A DNA stretch of 63,329 nucleotides, the filler included, from Cercozoa sp. M6MM (taxonomy: Eukaryota > Protista > Endomyxa: Ascetosporea): assembly GCA_040357565.1 (NCBI GenBank). It is 7 parts of 7 records of this genome, joined end to end, with 100 filler letters (N's around TTAATTAATTAA, not from the genome) between each part and the next. Parts side by side here need not be neighbours in the genome. Positions count along the whole stretch, not along the records: positions 1 to 28,150 come from JBDODJ010000140.1; 6 more parts are not named here. One strand, given 5' to 3'. The position numbers and the translations under genes were made by a program. This document shows, in pieces, positions 1 to 14,105 of this stretch; position 1 is the first letter of the stretch; every line of letters begins with the position of its first letter. Under the pieces are notes generated by a model, which saw nothing but the letters and a program-made list of their open reading frames with translations, had not been told where the DNA came from and made no database searches.

Positions 1-79
<79 letters not shown>
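1..79. repeat. (TG)n microsatellite
   Basis: Pure TG run. Further (CA/TG)n at about 33834-33898, 44758-44797, 49771-49873, 50474-50520 and 63282-63329; (GA)n at about 43662-43767 and 54143-54196; (TA)n at about 16076-16111 and 48920-48974. Nearly all intronic. Confidence 0.98.
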
Positions 80-81
<2 letters not shown>

Positions 82-99
82 CTCTTTATTGGCAAAGAG

Positions 100-3000
100 G
101 TTGTGTACAGCTGTCGACAGTGACATTGACGTCGGCACAAGGGAGCACGTTCGACTATCGTATCGAGTACACACCCAGTCTGCTGGACTACTCGATCGAG
201 TCGACACTCACGGCTGTGCCACAAGAGGTATGGCTTCTCCTTTATCTGTAGACTGTAAGCACGTAGATTCTAGATACATGTACGTTTATTGCAGAAAGTA
301 GAGAACCGCAAGTTGGATCTTAAGGTGACCGTGTCATTCCAGCAGGCGCCGATCTGGCGTGAGCAACTTCGCTTTACGGCAGACCTGCATCAACAAAATG
401 GGTTAGAGTCAGAGCCGAGCACGATTCGCACAATCACGCACACGTTGAATTCCTCCGAGTCGCAGTCTCTCGGTGTGGAGTACAATGAGACAAATTCAAC
501 GTTCGGCGTCCTGACCTACCGCTTCCAGCTGACCGAGCAAACTGGTACACTGTGTTCTATGGTGTGAGGGTTACCGACATAGTGTATTGTGTAGGATGCT
601 TCCGTGTGGCCGTGTCGCCCGTCATGTCCCACGGCAGCACGAAAGGCACTGTGCAGCACAGCTACGCGTGTCACAAACCGGCAGGAATTGGTTCCGAGTA
701 CGCTTGGGCGCTTACAGGTGAGAACAGATTAGTGTGTTGATTGTGTGGACAGTAAGTTGATATGCGAAGTACTTGTGCTTTTGTGTAGATGCCATTGGTT
801 CCAACCTTACAGTCAGTTACAAGTGCACTTATATTCAAAGTCCGGTGTGTCCTCGATTTAGTTTACAAATTTATGCATATATTTAATAGTGTGCCTGTGT
901 ATTTCTCTTAGATTCGACTCAGAATAAGATTAATGTATAACGACAACAACGCTACGTTCACCGACAGCACTTACCATAACCTACCTGGCTGCTCCAACAA
1001 CGGCTTCGCGAACGCCAGCATGCGGTTTACACCGGCCGATATACCGTACACTGAGGTACAGTCATCTTGATTCGACTCTGGCCTTACTCCCTTGACCCTC
1101 TAACCGTTCCCCAGGAACACGACTGGATGGGATTCTCCGGGTCCTGGTACTACACATTCGACGGCAGCGAGGGCGTGCGCTCGGAGGAAGCAATCATTCC
1201 CTACAACACAATAACGTACCGTAGAATGCCGTACCGGGTACCCACACTGACCCCCCTTTTCCCTACTCGGTTTCACCCATTTAATCTTCTGTGCTAAACA
1301 TTGTTAGACACCGCAACTCTCGCAGTACAAGACACTACAGTTCAAGCAGCTGGAGGACACGATTTGGTTCTGGGCCTGGATGGTCTCAGCCAGGAAGATG
1401 AGTCCGCTCTCGCGCTCCAAGATGGGCATCATAGGCGAGTACGCCAACTATACCGTCGGAGAATATACTCTGCGTTACCGCGGTACTTGCGAGTCTGTGT
1501 ATCGATGTGTTTATGTATCAACTCTACACTTGTATGTATACATTTCAGTGTGTACTTGTCGATGCATTTGTATGTGTTTTGTTCCCGGCATCAGTCAATA
1601 CCGGCGCATCGATCAATCGCAGTGCGACGTACCACAAGAGCGAACTCGGTCCCGACGGGTCCAAAGTGAGACTTACCGTGTTTCGTTGGTCGCCGTGGCT
1701 GCCTGGTACGTCCGAGGGGGTATAGGAAGTAGTGGGACTAGAAACTACAAATTATTGTAGGGGTGGTGGCCGACAGGGGCGACCACTCTCCGCCTTTTAT
1801 CACCATCTTACCTCGGCCGTCCAAGGTACCTTTACCCCTTTCCCTCCTCCCATTTTACCTCCTCCCCCAGGCAACAGACGTAGTAGCACGATTCAAGGCA
1901 GAGAATCCGCGCATTCTGCAGGTGTACTTTAGTGCCGCGAGAAATGCAACTGGGTAACCCGATTTTACACCCCCCACAAACTTACCCCCTCCCCCGTAGA
2001 CACAAGGCAGTGCTGGTGGAAGGCAACAAAACGACGGTACACGAGGTGGAAGCGCAGCCAGTGGTGCAAGAGTTCGCGTGTGCCGACTCGCCATGCTATG
2101 TGACTGACCTGTATGGTCACAACAAGGCCTATCCGATCGGTACAGTTTTGAGCGACACCGACAAGGTTTTCTTTGATGTCGCCAGAGGCTTTGCTCCTGG
2201 ACCGGGTATGCTTTACCCCTATACCCCTCGCACCTTACTCCCTTATTCCTACCCCTTACCCCTTTATTCCTTTACCCCCTCGGTGTTGCAGGTCCACACA
2301 CTGTTGGCATGTCGCACCAGGAGAGTCGAATCGACTACGATGTGTCTGCAATGTACGAGATCAACCAGGTACTTTACCTCCTTCCTGCACCCCCTCCATT
2401 ACTCTCTGATACTCATACAGGACATAGTGGAGTACGGCGGGAGGATCGAAGTGAACAATGTTGTTGTGTTGGACACTGTCGAGAGTACTGGGTACTCGGA
2501 GTCATCGCGTGTCCGATTCGATTTTGACGAGGTCGTTAACGCCGCTTTAACCGTGGACGGTGCTGCCGCTGCCATGGAAGCACGTGTCCTGCAACTGCGA
2601 GTGTTTGGATTGGGTCGGTCCAAATGGACCAATCGAACACACGAAGAGTCGGCTCTGCTCAACGTGTGGCCGGTACTGCCTCAGGTTGGTACTGAGGTTT
2701 TACCCTCCCCGTTCCTCTTAACCTTTTACCCCCGTTGCCTCTCTCCCTTTTTACCCCCTTTTTTATACATCATTTAATCCTCTTTCACCCCATTTTACCC
2801 TTTTTACACCTCCCCCGACAGAGATGAAACTGAATGCGAGCGCACAGACGGTGCGAGTGTCTTACACAGACACCTCGTCGGCGTCGTTTCGGGACGACGT
2901 GGTCTACGTCAACGACGTCGGTCCCATCGATGCGAAAAACGGCGTCGCTCGCAACGTTTTTGACGTGCCGATGCATTTTGAAATCGGCGAGTGCAAAAAC

Positions 3001-5435
3001 CTGACGTTGCGTGTCGATACGGCTGCTGGGTTGGTTCCCCCACACCCCTCCTACCCCTTTACCCCTCCTGTAGTACGTTATCGGCTGAGTCGGAAGCANN
3101 NNNNNNNNGGAGAGTACTCGAAGTGCACCGGTTCGCAAAGTACAACTGCTGACGCCGCGGCTGCCGATCGACCTGCAAAGCAATGTGTCTGGTAGTCTTA
3201 CCCCCCCCCCCCCCCCGCCCGTTTACCCCTTTTTACACCCTGTTTACCTCCCTGTTTACCCTTTTATGCTTCCCTGTTTGCCTCTCAGATACGAATCTCA
3301 CGTTCCGTGTGACCTGGGAGCTGCCTTCCGACTACATTGCGCACTGGCCAGTCACTGGGTAGGTCGTTTCTATCAACCCACCCCCATCCCTTTACCCCCC
3401 TTCGTTGCACAGTGTGGAACTCAAGTCGAACGATACAGTACTGACTGGAGATTATTCGGTGTCACTGGATGCAACGTCGGTCGACATCGATGTTGCATTT
3501 TCCGACGTTGCTACTGTGCCTGCTGTGTGGTAATTTACTCACTTAACTCTTTTACCCTCCTCTTACCCCACTTTACCTTCTTCTCCCCAGGGAGTTGAGT
3601 GCCCAGACACTGTACTTTGACACGAGAAATCCGGCGTGCGAGGAGAGACTCAAGTTGCGATTGACTGGTCCCAAACAAGGTCACGTCAGTGTCCACGTCG
3701 AGTACATGGAACGAACAGCCTTGTCGGGTCTTGTCGTGCACTATGACCAGTCAGTCGGCGACGGAGTCATGTCGCACTTAACCAACTACGAAACTGTACC
3801 CCCCTTTACCCCTATTCCCCTCCCTCACCTCCCTTACTTACCTTCCTTACCCTAGGTGCTGGTGTCGCTTGAGAACGCAACTGGCGACGTTTTCTTGACG
3901 AAAAATGTCACTCTTGCTGAGGTAGCTTGTTCACTTTATTCCCCTCTTACCCCTGCCCCTCACTCCCTTTACCCCCTTTGAATGAAGGTCGATAAGGAAG
4001 CCGAGTTTTCCTTGCCGTTTTCGCTGCTCGAGGTAGTGATACCTTCCCCCTATTACCCTTTTTAACCCGCCCCCCCCCACAGATGCGCGAGGTCAATGCG
4101 ACGAACCAGGAGTGTCGTGTGAGTGTGTACATTGAGAATGCATTGGATGGCACCAGAGCTGTGTCGACGGTGTTGGAGACACCGCGACCACCCAAGACAG
4201 GTCCACTGGTCCGAGGTCGCTTGGTCTACGGTGGCCGTGGTCTATTCCTAAATGTGACTGGTATAGTTTCTGAACCCTCCGTATCCTCCTTGACTTTATC
4301 CCTTTATTTAACACACGAAGGTGCCGACTCGAACGTTGCTCTTACTGAGGTGTCGATCGAAGTGGACTCGCGTCCGAGTGAGTCAACTGAGGTCACGCAA
4401 GGCAACTCGGCGCACTTCTTTGTGCCTTTGACTGCTGGTACCAGACCTTGTTTGTCAGTGCTTTTTTTTAAATAAATTGAGCGCAGATGAGTGCGTGCAA
4501 GGAGTGAATGCCGCACAGACGAACGTGATTTTTGAATCGCCTGCGACAGCAGCGAATCTGTCAGTGTGTGCTCCCTCTCAGCCTGACGGTAGCCGTTCGA
4601 ACCTGGTGCAACTCGTGCTGCGTCTGGCTGGCATCGAACTGCATGTATCCTCACCTTGCATTACCTTTTATTTCAATATTCTTGGTGTCTTTTTAGGCCG
4701 AGGGAAGCTCGGAGTGGTTCGACCTGCGCGACGCCTTGCGCGACGAGATCGTCGACTTTTTGCAGTCTGGTGCCGACACGCAGGTTCGCGTTGTCGCTCT
4801 CGAAGCCTACAGAGGTCATTTTGATTGCTTCACTTTCGTATAATTGTGTATAAGCTTGTATTGTGACATAAATACTACATATACGGAAAATCAAAAGAGT
4901 TTCCTGCAGGACCGTTGCAGCTGCTGGAAGTTTCGTCGGCAGGTGTGGCAGTCACGGTGCAGATCGAAGGACCCGGTGCTCCCAAAGCAATCGATGTCTT
5001 TGTGGCAACCTGTGTCTCGACGAGTCGTCCTTCCAGCGACTTGCTTCGTCAGCTGGCGTGTTCGGCCAACGACAATTCGATGCCACTGGACACTGCACCT
5101 TTGGCGCTGGCCGAGACGCCTCGTCCTGTGGACAGGAGTGACACTTCTAACTGGTGGATCTACGTCGTCATTGCTGCCGGTGTGATCGCCGCAGCTGTTT
5201 TCGTGTACAAGTACTACCTGCGCGAGAGTGACTTTGGCTTCTTCTCCTACTCCAAGGTACTGTTCATTTGATGTATTTTTTCTTCTCATCTTACTGCTGT
5301 ACACTGCAGGAGCGTCGCTTTGCTGAGCGTGCTGCTTTGACCGAGTTGTCCATGGAGGATATGGAAGATATGGCTCCTCGCTTCCCTCGACGCGATCAAA
5401 CGACTGTAACACTAGGTTTGTGTCACGGCGAGTGA
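100..5435 (+). CDS. Large multi-exon type I membrane/surface protein with a beta-rich (FN3/Ig-like) ectodomain; 5'-partial
   Basis: More than 25 GT-AG-bounded exons; those checked splice in frame. FN3-like segment ATDVVARFKAENPRILQVYFSAARNATG, many N-x-S/T sequons, a single C-terminal TM WWIYVVIAAGVIAAAVFVYKYY (about 5150-5220), then a short tail ending at TGA about 5435. Family not recognised. Confidence 0.7.
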
Positions 5436-5646
5436 ACTGCAGCCTGGATTGGCGATTGATTTCTTTCGCCACTGACCCGGGAGAACCGTTCCGAGTCTAA
5501 TATTTTTCGTTTGTGTGTTTGAATGGAACGGAACGGGAGCGGAGCTTATTTCAAGCGAAGCAACGCAAAGGAAACGAAAGTACGTAGTACTAACATGACT
5601 TAGCTATAGTCGAGTGGTTAGCTAAGGCCTAGGAAGTCGGCGCAAG

Positions 5647-8600
5647 TTACTGCTGCGGCGCCGGCAGACACTGCTGACGCAGGTGTTGCATGGCACGCGC
5701 ACTCATGCTGTGCACGAGCTGACCAAGCTGCGTCAGATCGCGCAGCGTCAGCACGTGTTGCGGCGCCTCACCAGCTACAAGCAAGGGGTAAAGAAGGTAG
5801 TTAGACTGCGGAAACAAACGCACCCTTGCGTTGCACGTTGTGAACAGTCTCCAGAGCTGGTTCGGCACCTTCTTCTATTGGGAGGTGGGTCAGAAGACAA
5901 AAGGGAGCAGGGGGTATAGTGGGATACCCAGCGGCGCCGTCAGCGCAAGCTGCAGCATCGGCGGCGGCGTCATGAGCTGCCGCATCGTCGGCGCCAACTC
6001 GGCGCAGTTCGCGAACAGTCGCTTGCGACCAAACACCACGAGTCCGTGTCTGAACAGGCAACACAGACAAAATAAACATACGGTCCATATGTACAGTCCA
6101 TATGTACAGGCCAAGTGTACCGAGCACGCGAGACGGCCACGACGAGTCGACGCACATCGCGCAGGTGGCCCACCGACGTGCCGGTGCGCACCAGCGACAG
6201 CAGCACAATGTCGGCCTGCTGGCCCTGGAAGCTGCGATCAATTATTTAAGGGGTTAATTAAGGGGGCAATGACTTCGTTAAAGGGGGCACGGAACGTACC
6301 GATCCACCGTGGAGATCACGGGCGCACCGAACAGTGCCGTCAGCGGCTCGGTCGACAGGCAGCGCTTGGCCACCACGTCCTCCAGGAGCTCTCTCTGTCC
6401 ACATGGACCATACACATGTACACACGGAGCACACACATGGACCACTTGTGTACCTGTCCATTGTACGTCGTCAGCAAGGCAATCTGCGAGGGCTGGTAGC
6501 CGCACAGTCGCAGCAATTGGTACGTCGCCTGGGGGAGGCAGGGGTCAGGGGGTAAAGGGGCAGGGGGAAAAGAGAGGATAAGGGGGGTATACCACGAGAC
6601 TCTCAGCCTCGGCGAGGTTCTGGTAGAAGTGCGCCTGCGGAGCACTCTCACCCTGCCCGTCCAAGTCGCCGACATCGACGAACTGCGCCTCATGCGCCAG
6701 TGTCGCCACAGCGCCCGCGAATTCGCCTTGCCTACGAGGAGGGGTAAGGGGGGGTAGAGTTGGAGGGGGGGGGGGGGGGTAGTACGTGACAGCAGGCAGG
6801 TCGTGCACGACATCGCCGTAGCGCCACGACCACAGACGCGATAGTGCCGGTCGCGAACGACCCTGGGGGGGATAGAGGGGTAAGAGGTAGATAGGTAGGT
6901 AAAGCAAGCTACCTGCTGGTCCAGCGTGAAGTAGTCAGCGTTCTGTCGAATAAGGCGCGCGAACATCGACTGCTCGAGCGGCATGACCTGATGCACGATC
7001 GGCGGCAACTGATGGTGATCGCCAATCAGCACAACGCGGCGCAGACGCTTCTGCGGACTGGGCTGCGACAGCAGCGGCACCAGTGTCTCAATGTCCATCA
7101 CTTGCGCCGCCTCTTCCATCAGCACGTTGTCGAACTGTTGCAGACAAGGTTATGTCTCTCAGTTATATGATCAGTGACATATCAAGACCACTCCACACAG
7201 CAAAGCACCTCCAAGCGCAGACGCTGCACGAACTGTTTGTGCTTCAACGCCGCGTGCGTCACCGTCATGGCCACCACGCGGGCACCGTGCGACACCAGGA
7301 AGTCCTACAGCAACCCCAGCATATAGCCAAACAACCAAAACTGCAAACACAACGCCAGACAGCAAAAAACTGGTACACTCTGCTGGTTTCGCGAAGCTGC
7401 AAGCGTCTCGAACGGACGGCATTCCTGCAACGCGTCGAAGCTGCACACAAAGTCAAAAGCAAAAATCTAGTTTTCGGTTTTTTCTAACTATGATATATTA
7501 CACTCGAGTCAACTCGGCGTACAGCTGCGCGCCTCGTTCGCGCACCTAATCACAGACACAATTATTCTTCAAAATAACGCAAAACTCGAAAATGCGAAAA
7601 CAACAACATAAATCGAGAAACCTGCTCGGGACTGCTGGCATGGCGGAACAGATCGGCAGTCTCGGGCTCAGTCGACGGCAACTCGGCCAGATCGACCTAA
7701 AACAATGAGTTTGACGCGAGGTTCTGAGAAAACACAAAGACTGGCTACGTTTGTGTCACGCTCGTGGAGCTCGGGCTTGTTTGTCTCGACCCTGTAAAAG
7801 CACAAATACAGAACAGATAAACTCGTTGAGAAACCAAAGGTACGGAGAGCCGAGTTGCGGGTTCCAGAAGCTTGCAAACGGGAAGCTGCTCTTCAGCGTG
7901 TCGGTCTGGGCCACAAAAACTATGGGTCACAAAAACTGGGAAAGGAAAAAGCAAAGCAAATTTACATCAGCCTCCGACGCGCACCAATCGTCGTAGGCCG
8001 CATCGACAGCGTAGGCTTTGAAGGCGATGGCAGCCTCAACGGTGGAATCAATGGCTCCGTAGACACCTTAAAGCACCACCAAGGTTAATTTCTTGAAACT
8101 CAATTTTTCATATTTTGCTGAATACCCGCGTAATCGGCAGCGTTAGCCAGACCGACCTTAGCAGCACGCATCGACATAGCGACACGCTTCACATAGCCTA
8201 AGCACACATAGTGGGTATATCGGAGTGCCGGCAGAGGTTTCTGCGGCCTACCGAGCAGAAGCGATCGGCGAGCGGCCCAGTGCTCAACTCGGCCGTGTCG
8301 ACTGAAGTTGTCGCTGCACCAGACAACACCAAAAGATTCCAAGGTCAAGTTTTACTTGCTGAGAACTGATAGACTCTTACGACAGAGCGAGTTTCTTGCT
8401 GCCTTGTCCGAGACGCACTAGATGACGTTGCGGAACAGCGTCGCTACAAAGCAACTTTCGCTCTTTAGAACAGAAAGTCGGAATAAAGAATACCGCAAGG
8501 CGAGCTTTGCGAATAGATCGTTGAGCGCTTGGTTCGAGTGAGCCAACAGCAACGTGCGCTCGCGCTTGCCTGCAACACACGAGTTCTCAGCATTGCAAAA

Positions 8601-11600
8601 CGCAAGAAGCGAAAAAGCAAAAAATGAAAGCAAAACAGCGAAACGACACCTTCAGCACCGACGATCCAGTTGGTGAGAATCTGCGTGGCCACGTCCGTCT
8701 TACCCTGTCAACATAAGAACACATACAGGTGAACTACCGTGTTCAGATACAGCAACTGCAAGTTGTATCTACCGTGCCAGGCGGACCGACGACTAGCGTG
8801 AGACCAGGCAACATGGCGCTTGCCACGGCACTGCAGAAAAATCGTAACTTCTTTTCTTTAATTCTAACCCTCCCGAAGACTTCTGAAGACTTCTGTACCG
8901 AGACTGAACTTCAGTGAAACGCACTTCGTTGCCCTTGACTGCAAACACAGTAAATGTACCCCACCTCCATACTAGCTAAGTATCCGTACCATTGAGAAGC
9001 TGTTTGGACATAAAGTCGGTCTTGAGCGATGATCGCACGCGCACCGTGCCGCTCTCCCTTCGCACGCACCAGGTGTCAGTTTACCCCTCTCCCCCCTACC
9101 ACCAGAAGAAAAAGTTACCACGAGTCGCAGTCAAAGAAGCACTTGAAGGGCGGCACAGGTTCGCCCCGGAAACCTTCGAACACGACTTCGTACTTGACGC
9201 CCAGCGTGTCACGCACATGCCTTTCAATGAGAATTGTAAAGTATACTACATTCCATATCATGTACATGTATACAAGTAGGTAATGCCGTACTCCTATAGT
9301 GCTTAAGAATAATTAAGATAAAAGACAGGTCAGAGTACTGCGCATCCAGGAAGGTGTCGTGGAACTCGATTTCGCCACACTTGCGCGGCTACCAAAAACA
9401 CGGGTACATCAACAAGCTGGCCCAGAGACACACAGGAACGTACGCAAGGATTCACAACAAAGGTTGAAGCCTTCTTCGCGTCGCCACCTGTACCGAGGGG
9501 GATATACAGAGGTATAGAGATACATGGGGGGGGGGAAAGAGGGGGTAAAACCAACAGCGGCGTGCGCAAGCCACTCGGGCAGCAGACCATGGACGTCCTG
9601 CGTCTTGGAGATCGTCACGGCCTCCTCCGGTCGCTCCAGGTCAAGCTGCACCCGGGGGGGGGGGGGGGTAAACAGCAGGGTAGGGGTAAAGAAAGCCTAC
9701 GCCACTAACAGCCGTGGCACGACGCATGAGTTCGCGCATGCTCTGCAGCAGCGAGGCAAAGTTGTTCTCGCGCGGACTGCGACGCACCACCAGGTTGAAC
9801 TCGTTGATGTCGAACGTCGGGTCCTCTGCGGGGGAAGGGGTAGGGTACTGGAGGGGTAAAGGGGTGTGGTAGGGTACGCTGGTCCAGCAGGTACTGAGCC
9901 GGGTCGAGTTCGAGCAGTGCGATGCGCAGGTTGGAGGCGCCGGACGTGTGCGCCGGCACGCGAATGTCGACGACGCGCGCGCCGCGCAGACGTCGCAGAC
10001 CCGTGTGATCCACCTGTAGCCAACATGATGTATAGTAGTCCATATGGCCCGTACATCAGACCAGTTGACATAGTTAAGCGTGTAGTTAGGGGTGTAGTAA
10101 AGAGTGTACATTGGCCAAGAAGACGATCGAGTGTTCGTCCAGTGCGTTCCACTCGGTCAGAGTGCCACGTGCGCGTCCGAAGGCACTCAGATCGTACCGC
10201 ACCTTGACCAACACACGCGCCGGCACCGACTCGCCGCAACGCGGACGCAGAACCTGAGGAGGAAGGTCCAGGTAAGGTGGGGGGTAAGGAGGGTAGGGTA
10301 AGGGGGGTAAGGAGGGTAGGCTAGTGGGGTAAAGCACCTCAACAAGCTCGACAGCCGGGCCGCGCTCGGCGTCGTCGTCTTCGATGGCACCACCGCGCGG
10401 CTCGTCAAGCGGCGCCGCGTCGCGCGACCACCCCGTGAACAGCAGCTTGTCCCTCTGCACACACCCTTAATTAAATACGCAGCCTTAACAGATATAATAT
10501 ATATAACTACAAATACATATACACAGATATATAGATTATATATATATATATATAGATTATAGATATATGTATGTATGTAAAGCTCACACGTACCTTCAAC
10601 TCGTGCGAGTAGACGTACTTGGGACGCAGCTGCTGCACCACGCGCACAATGTCGCCGGCCACCTGCGACGTCGCCTCCAGTCGGTACAGGAAGAAGTTGC
10701 GCAGCAGGTAGTCCTGCAGCGACAGGAAACGCACGTCCAGTTTCGGCCTGCGCACGACAAGTCACCAAATACAACAAAAACCGTCCGCGCGGATGTCGAA
10801 AAATAGAAAAAACGTCCGCGCGGATGTCGAAAGATAAAAAATGTCAGCGCGGAAGTCGGAAAATTAAAAACCTCCACGCGGATGCGGAAAAACACGTCCG
10901 CGCGGATGTGGGAAAATACAAAAAAAGTGTACAAAGTGCGCTCGAATGCGAGAGAGTTCGTGGCCGTGGAGATGTCCCTGTGCAGACACACAAAAGAGTA
11001 CATGTGTCCAAAATGGACGGTCCAAATGGACAGAGAGCGGTACTGCTCGACACGCGAAACGCGCGACAACGCAAACGCCGGCTCCGGCTTGGCCTCGTCC
11101 AGGTCGTCCAGCATGCGACCTTCGGACGTCGCGATCTCGGCGAAGGCGTCGGCCTCCTCCTCCGTCTGGGGGGGGGGGTAAACAGGGGGGTAAACAGGGG
11201 GGTAAACAGGGGGGTAAAACGCACCAGTTTCTGCTCCTGCTCCTGCAGGCGGCATTTCGGTTCGATCAGTGTCACGAGTTTCTCCGTCGGGTACACGGGC
11301 AGACTGGCCTGTCCATACGTACATATGTACACATGTCCATACGTACATTTGTCCACATGTCCATATGTACAGACACACACACAAGTCCGTAAATCCAGTC
11401 CAAATGGACGGCCTACCGTAGGCGGTCCGGCACGCCGGCGGAAACGCGATTTGAGCGACGCCAATAGCACCTGGCGCGGCGCTTTTTCCGCCTGGGGGGT
11501 GAATGGGGTAAAGGGGTCAGGAGTTAGGGGGTTAACAGGGGGGTAAAACTACCACAGCACGTGACACGCGCAGTTTAGCGGCGAGTGATCGCAGCGTTTC

Positions 11601-13728
11601 TTCGTTCAAATCCTTGGTGAGCACTTCGAGTTCCTCTACAATAAAAGGGGCACACATAAATAAAGGGTTGTGTAGTGTTAAATAAAGGCTGCGCAGTGTT
11701 AAATTAAGGCTGCGTAGTGTGTGATTAAAGGTGTGTGTAGTGATTAAAGGTGTGTGCATGTAGTACCGGCGACTTGTGTAGCCGGCAGTAGCCAGAGTTT
11801 CTTGGCCTCGTCGCGACAGTACTTGTAGGCCATCTTCTGGAGCTACAGACAGGGGAGTTTCGTTTTACCCCCCTATACCTACCATCGCGATGTACCATCG
11901 CGATGTCGAGGTTGTGCGCCGTGTCGACATCGGCGGCATGGAGAGCGTCGCCAGTGACGTCGTCCACGGGGAAGTCGAGGTACCGATGCAGCATGTCAAG
12001 GTGCTCGGCCACGTCCTTACTGTGTGCCGTACCTGCCGTACCTTCAACAAGCTTGTCCAGTGCCAGTTGGCAGTGCTCTAGCACCAGTGACTCCACCACG
12101 ACGCGTCGCACGAACGGACGCGTCGGCGGCTGCGCCAGCATGTCCAGGCACAGCTCCAGCACCAGGTGCACTTCCTGGGGGTAGGGGGGGGGGGTAAAGT
12201 GGGTGGGGAGGAGGTAAAGGTAGCAAAAGTAGGGGGGTAAAGGTGACGGAAGTAGAGGGGTAAAGGTGACGGAAGTAGGGGGGTAAAACCACAGCGGCGA
12301 GTGACTTGACGCTGCGTTGGTGCCACAGAGGCTGCAGCAGTCGCAGCATCAACACGCGCAGTAGCGACGGCACAAAGTCCCTCTGCAGAGCCAGAGTGGC
12401 CGACGGTTTCTCCTGTCGCAGACTGTCCAATTGGACAGTCCATTCGGCTCCTTTGGCACCGGCCTCGTCCGCCCAGTACCGCACGGCCTCTGCGTCCAAA
12501 TTGAGCCACACGGCGATCGATGTCACCGGCAGCAACGCCTCGGCCACGCCGGCCACTTCCAGCGACGACAAACCGTTCACCACGAATCGCAGCAGCTCCT
12601 GCACGGCACAGGGGGGTAAAAGGTAAAGGGTGGGGGGGGGGTGGGGGTAAAGAAGGGGGTAAAGCCGGCCAAAAGTCCCTACCACGCGCTCGTGCAGCTG
12701 CAGCGCTTCGATCGGTTCAAACTGCTCCACGGCGCGTTTCGCTGCTTCCTCCTGATCCAAACGCAGCTTTAATTAATTCAGCCACACCCTTAAACAAGAT
12801 GGCTACCTGTTCCGGCGACAGCGTCGCATCCTTAAGTACGTGCAGCGAGTCCGAATGCAGCATCGTCAGGGCTTGCTGCACCACGCGACGCACTACCTCC
12901 GTGTCTTTTCCGACCTGCCCGGGGGAAAGGGGGTAGGTAAAAGGGGGGGGGGTAAAGGGAGTTAAAGAGGAGTAAGGGATACCGTCTTCCAAGGGAAGCC
13001 GAGTCGATCGCGGAACTTGTGGTTCAGCATGCCAATCACCGACATCAGCAGCACGTGCGACAACTGCTCCGACGAGTCCTGCGCTTTCACGCGCGGCCAC
13101 AGGTACCTGCAGGCACCAACAACCCAGTCAAGTCGGTCAGCAAGTTAAAAGTTCAGTTAAAAGTTCAGTCAAAAGTTCAGTCAAAAGTTGAGTCAAGTCA
13201 GAAGTTCAATCAACTTCAGTCAAACCAAGATACAAAAAAAAACACACCGTTCCAGGTAACCCGTCATGTCGAGCACTTCTAGCGTGCGCGGCGAACGACC
13301 GCCTTTCGCCGAAGCGCCTGTTTTTTTCACAAAGCAAAACGATCAAAAAAGGCAGAAGAAAACAAAAAAGCACGAAGAACTCGAGTTGCTGTGCAGCCAG
13401 AACTAAGTGCTTTTGGTACCGCAGATGTGTTCCGTGTACAGTTTCTGCACAAGTTCCTCATCGATTGCGAGATCTTCGGGCTCCTCCGATGCCCTACAGG
13501 CACACAGAAGTGTTGATATTGTTTGCAATGCGGTCAAAACACACGAGCAACGTACCAGCGTTTCTCAGCAAGTTCAGTCAGCTCATGCGACTGAGCTTCA
13601 ATCGCCTGCTTCTTCTTGAATGCCGCTTTCTCGCGCGCAGCTTCGTTAAGCTGTCGCTGACGCTTCTTCGCCGGCTCGTCATCGTCGCCAAACAGCGACA
13701 ACGACTGCGCGCCGCGCTTCGGTGCCAT
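5647..13728 (-). CDS. AQR: RNA helicase Aquarius (intron-binding spliceosomal SF1 helicase)
   Basis: Spliced exons give [60 protein letters not shown]|[42 protein letters not shown] and STVDR|[16 protein letters not shown]...[14 protein letters not shown] (MAPKRG) at 13728, TAA at 5647. Confidence 0.96.
10781..10915. repeat. Intronic ~30-bp minisatellite with palindromic core TCCGCGCGGA alternating with A-tracts
   Basis: Five copies starting at about 10783, 10814, 10843, 10873 and 10896 inside an AQR intron. Confidence 0.85.
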
Positions 13729-14105
13729 CTCTGCCTGAATGAAACACAATTTGGCCAAACAATCCTTTTGGGACGTGTTGATGCCATCAACAGTGCACAA
13801 AAAGGCAAAAAATCGAGTTGTTTTTCTCTTGTTTTTGTTTCTTACAAGAAAGTGACGGGACAGCCGACGCGGAGACAAACGGTGCCTTCAAGTGCTTGCG
13901 GGAGGTTCCTGTGTTGCTGTGGCACGCCAGCAGCACTTTGGGTGGTCTTGGGTGGGCTTGGAACTCAGAAAGTCACACGGGCTCATTCTCAAGCGATCGG
14001 CTCAGGATGAATACAAACGAGTCCTGGACAAACTACTTCCGGCTCACTAAGATTGTTTTGCTTGCAGTCAGCGGCGTCACTCCTGTCTACGTTGACGTTT
14101 TCACC

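Noticed and set aside
5597-5630. tRNA-like TAGTCGAGTGGTTA segment
   Set aside because: Only a small hairpin (TTAGCTA...TAGCTAA) between convergent genes; no T-arm or acceptor stem.
10781-10915. CRISPR-like repeat-spacer appearance
   Set aside because: Degenerate short units with A-tract spacers inside a eukaryotic intron; no cas genes.
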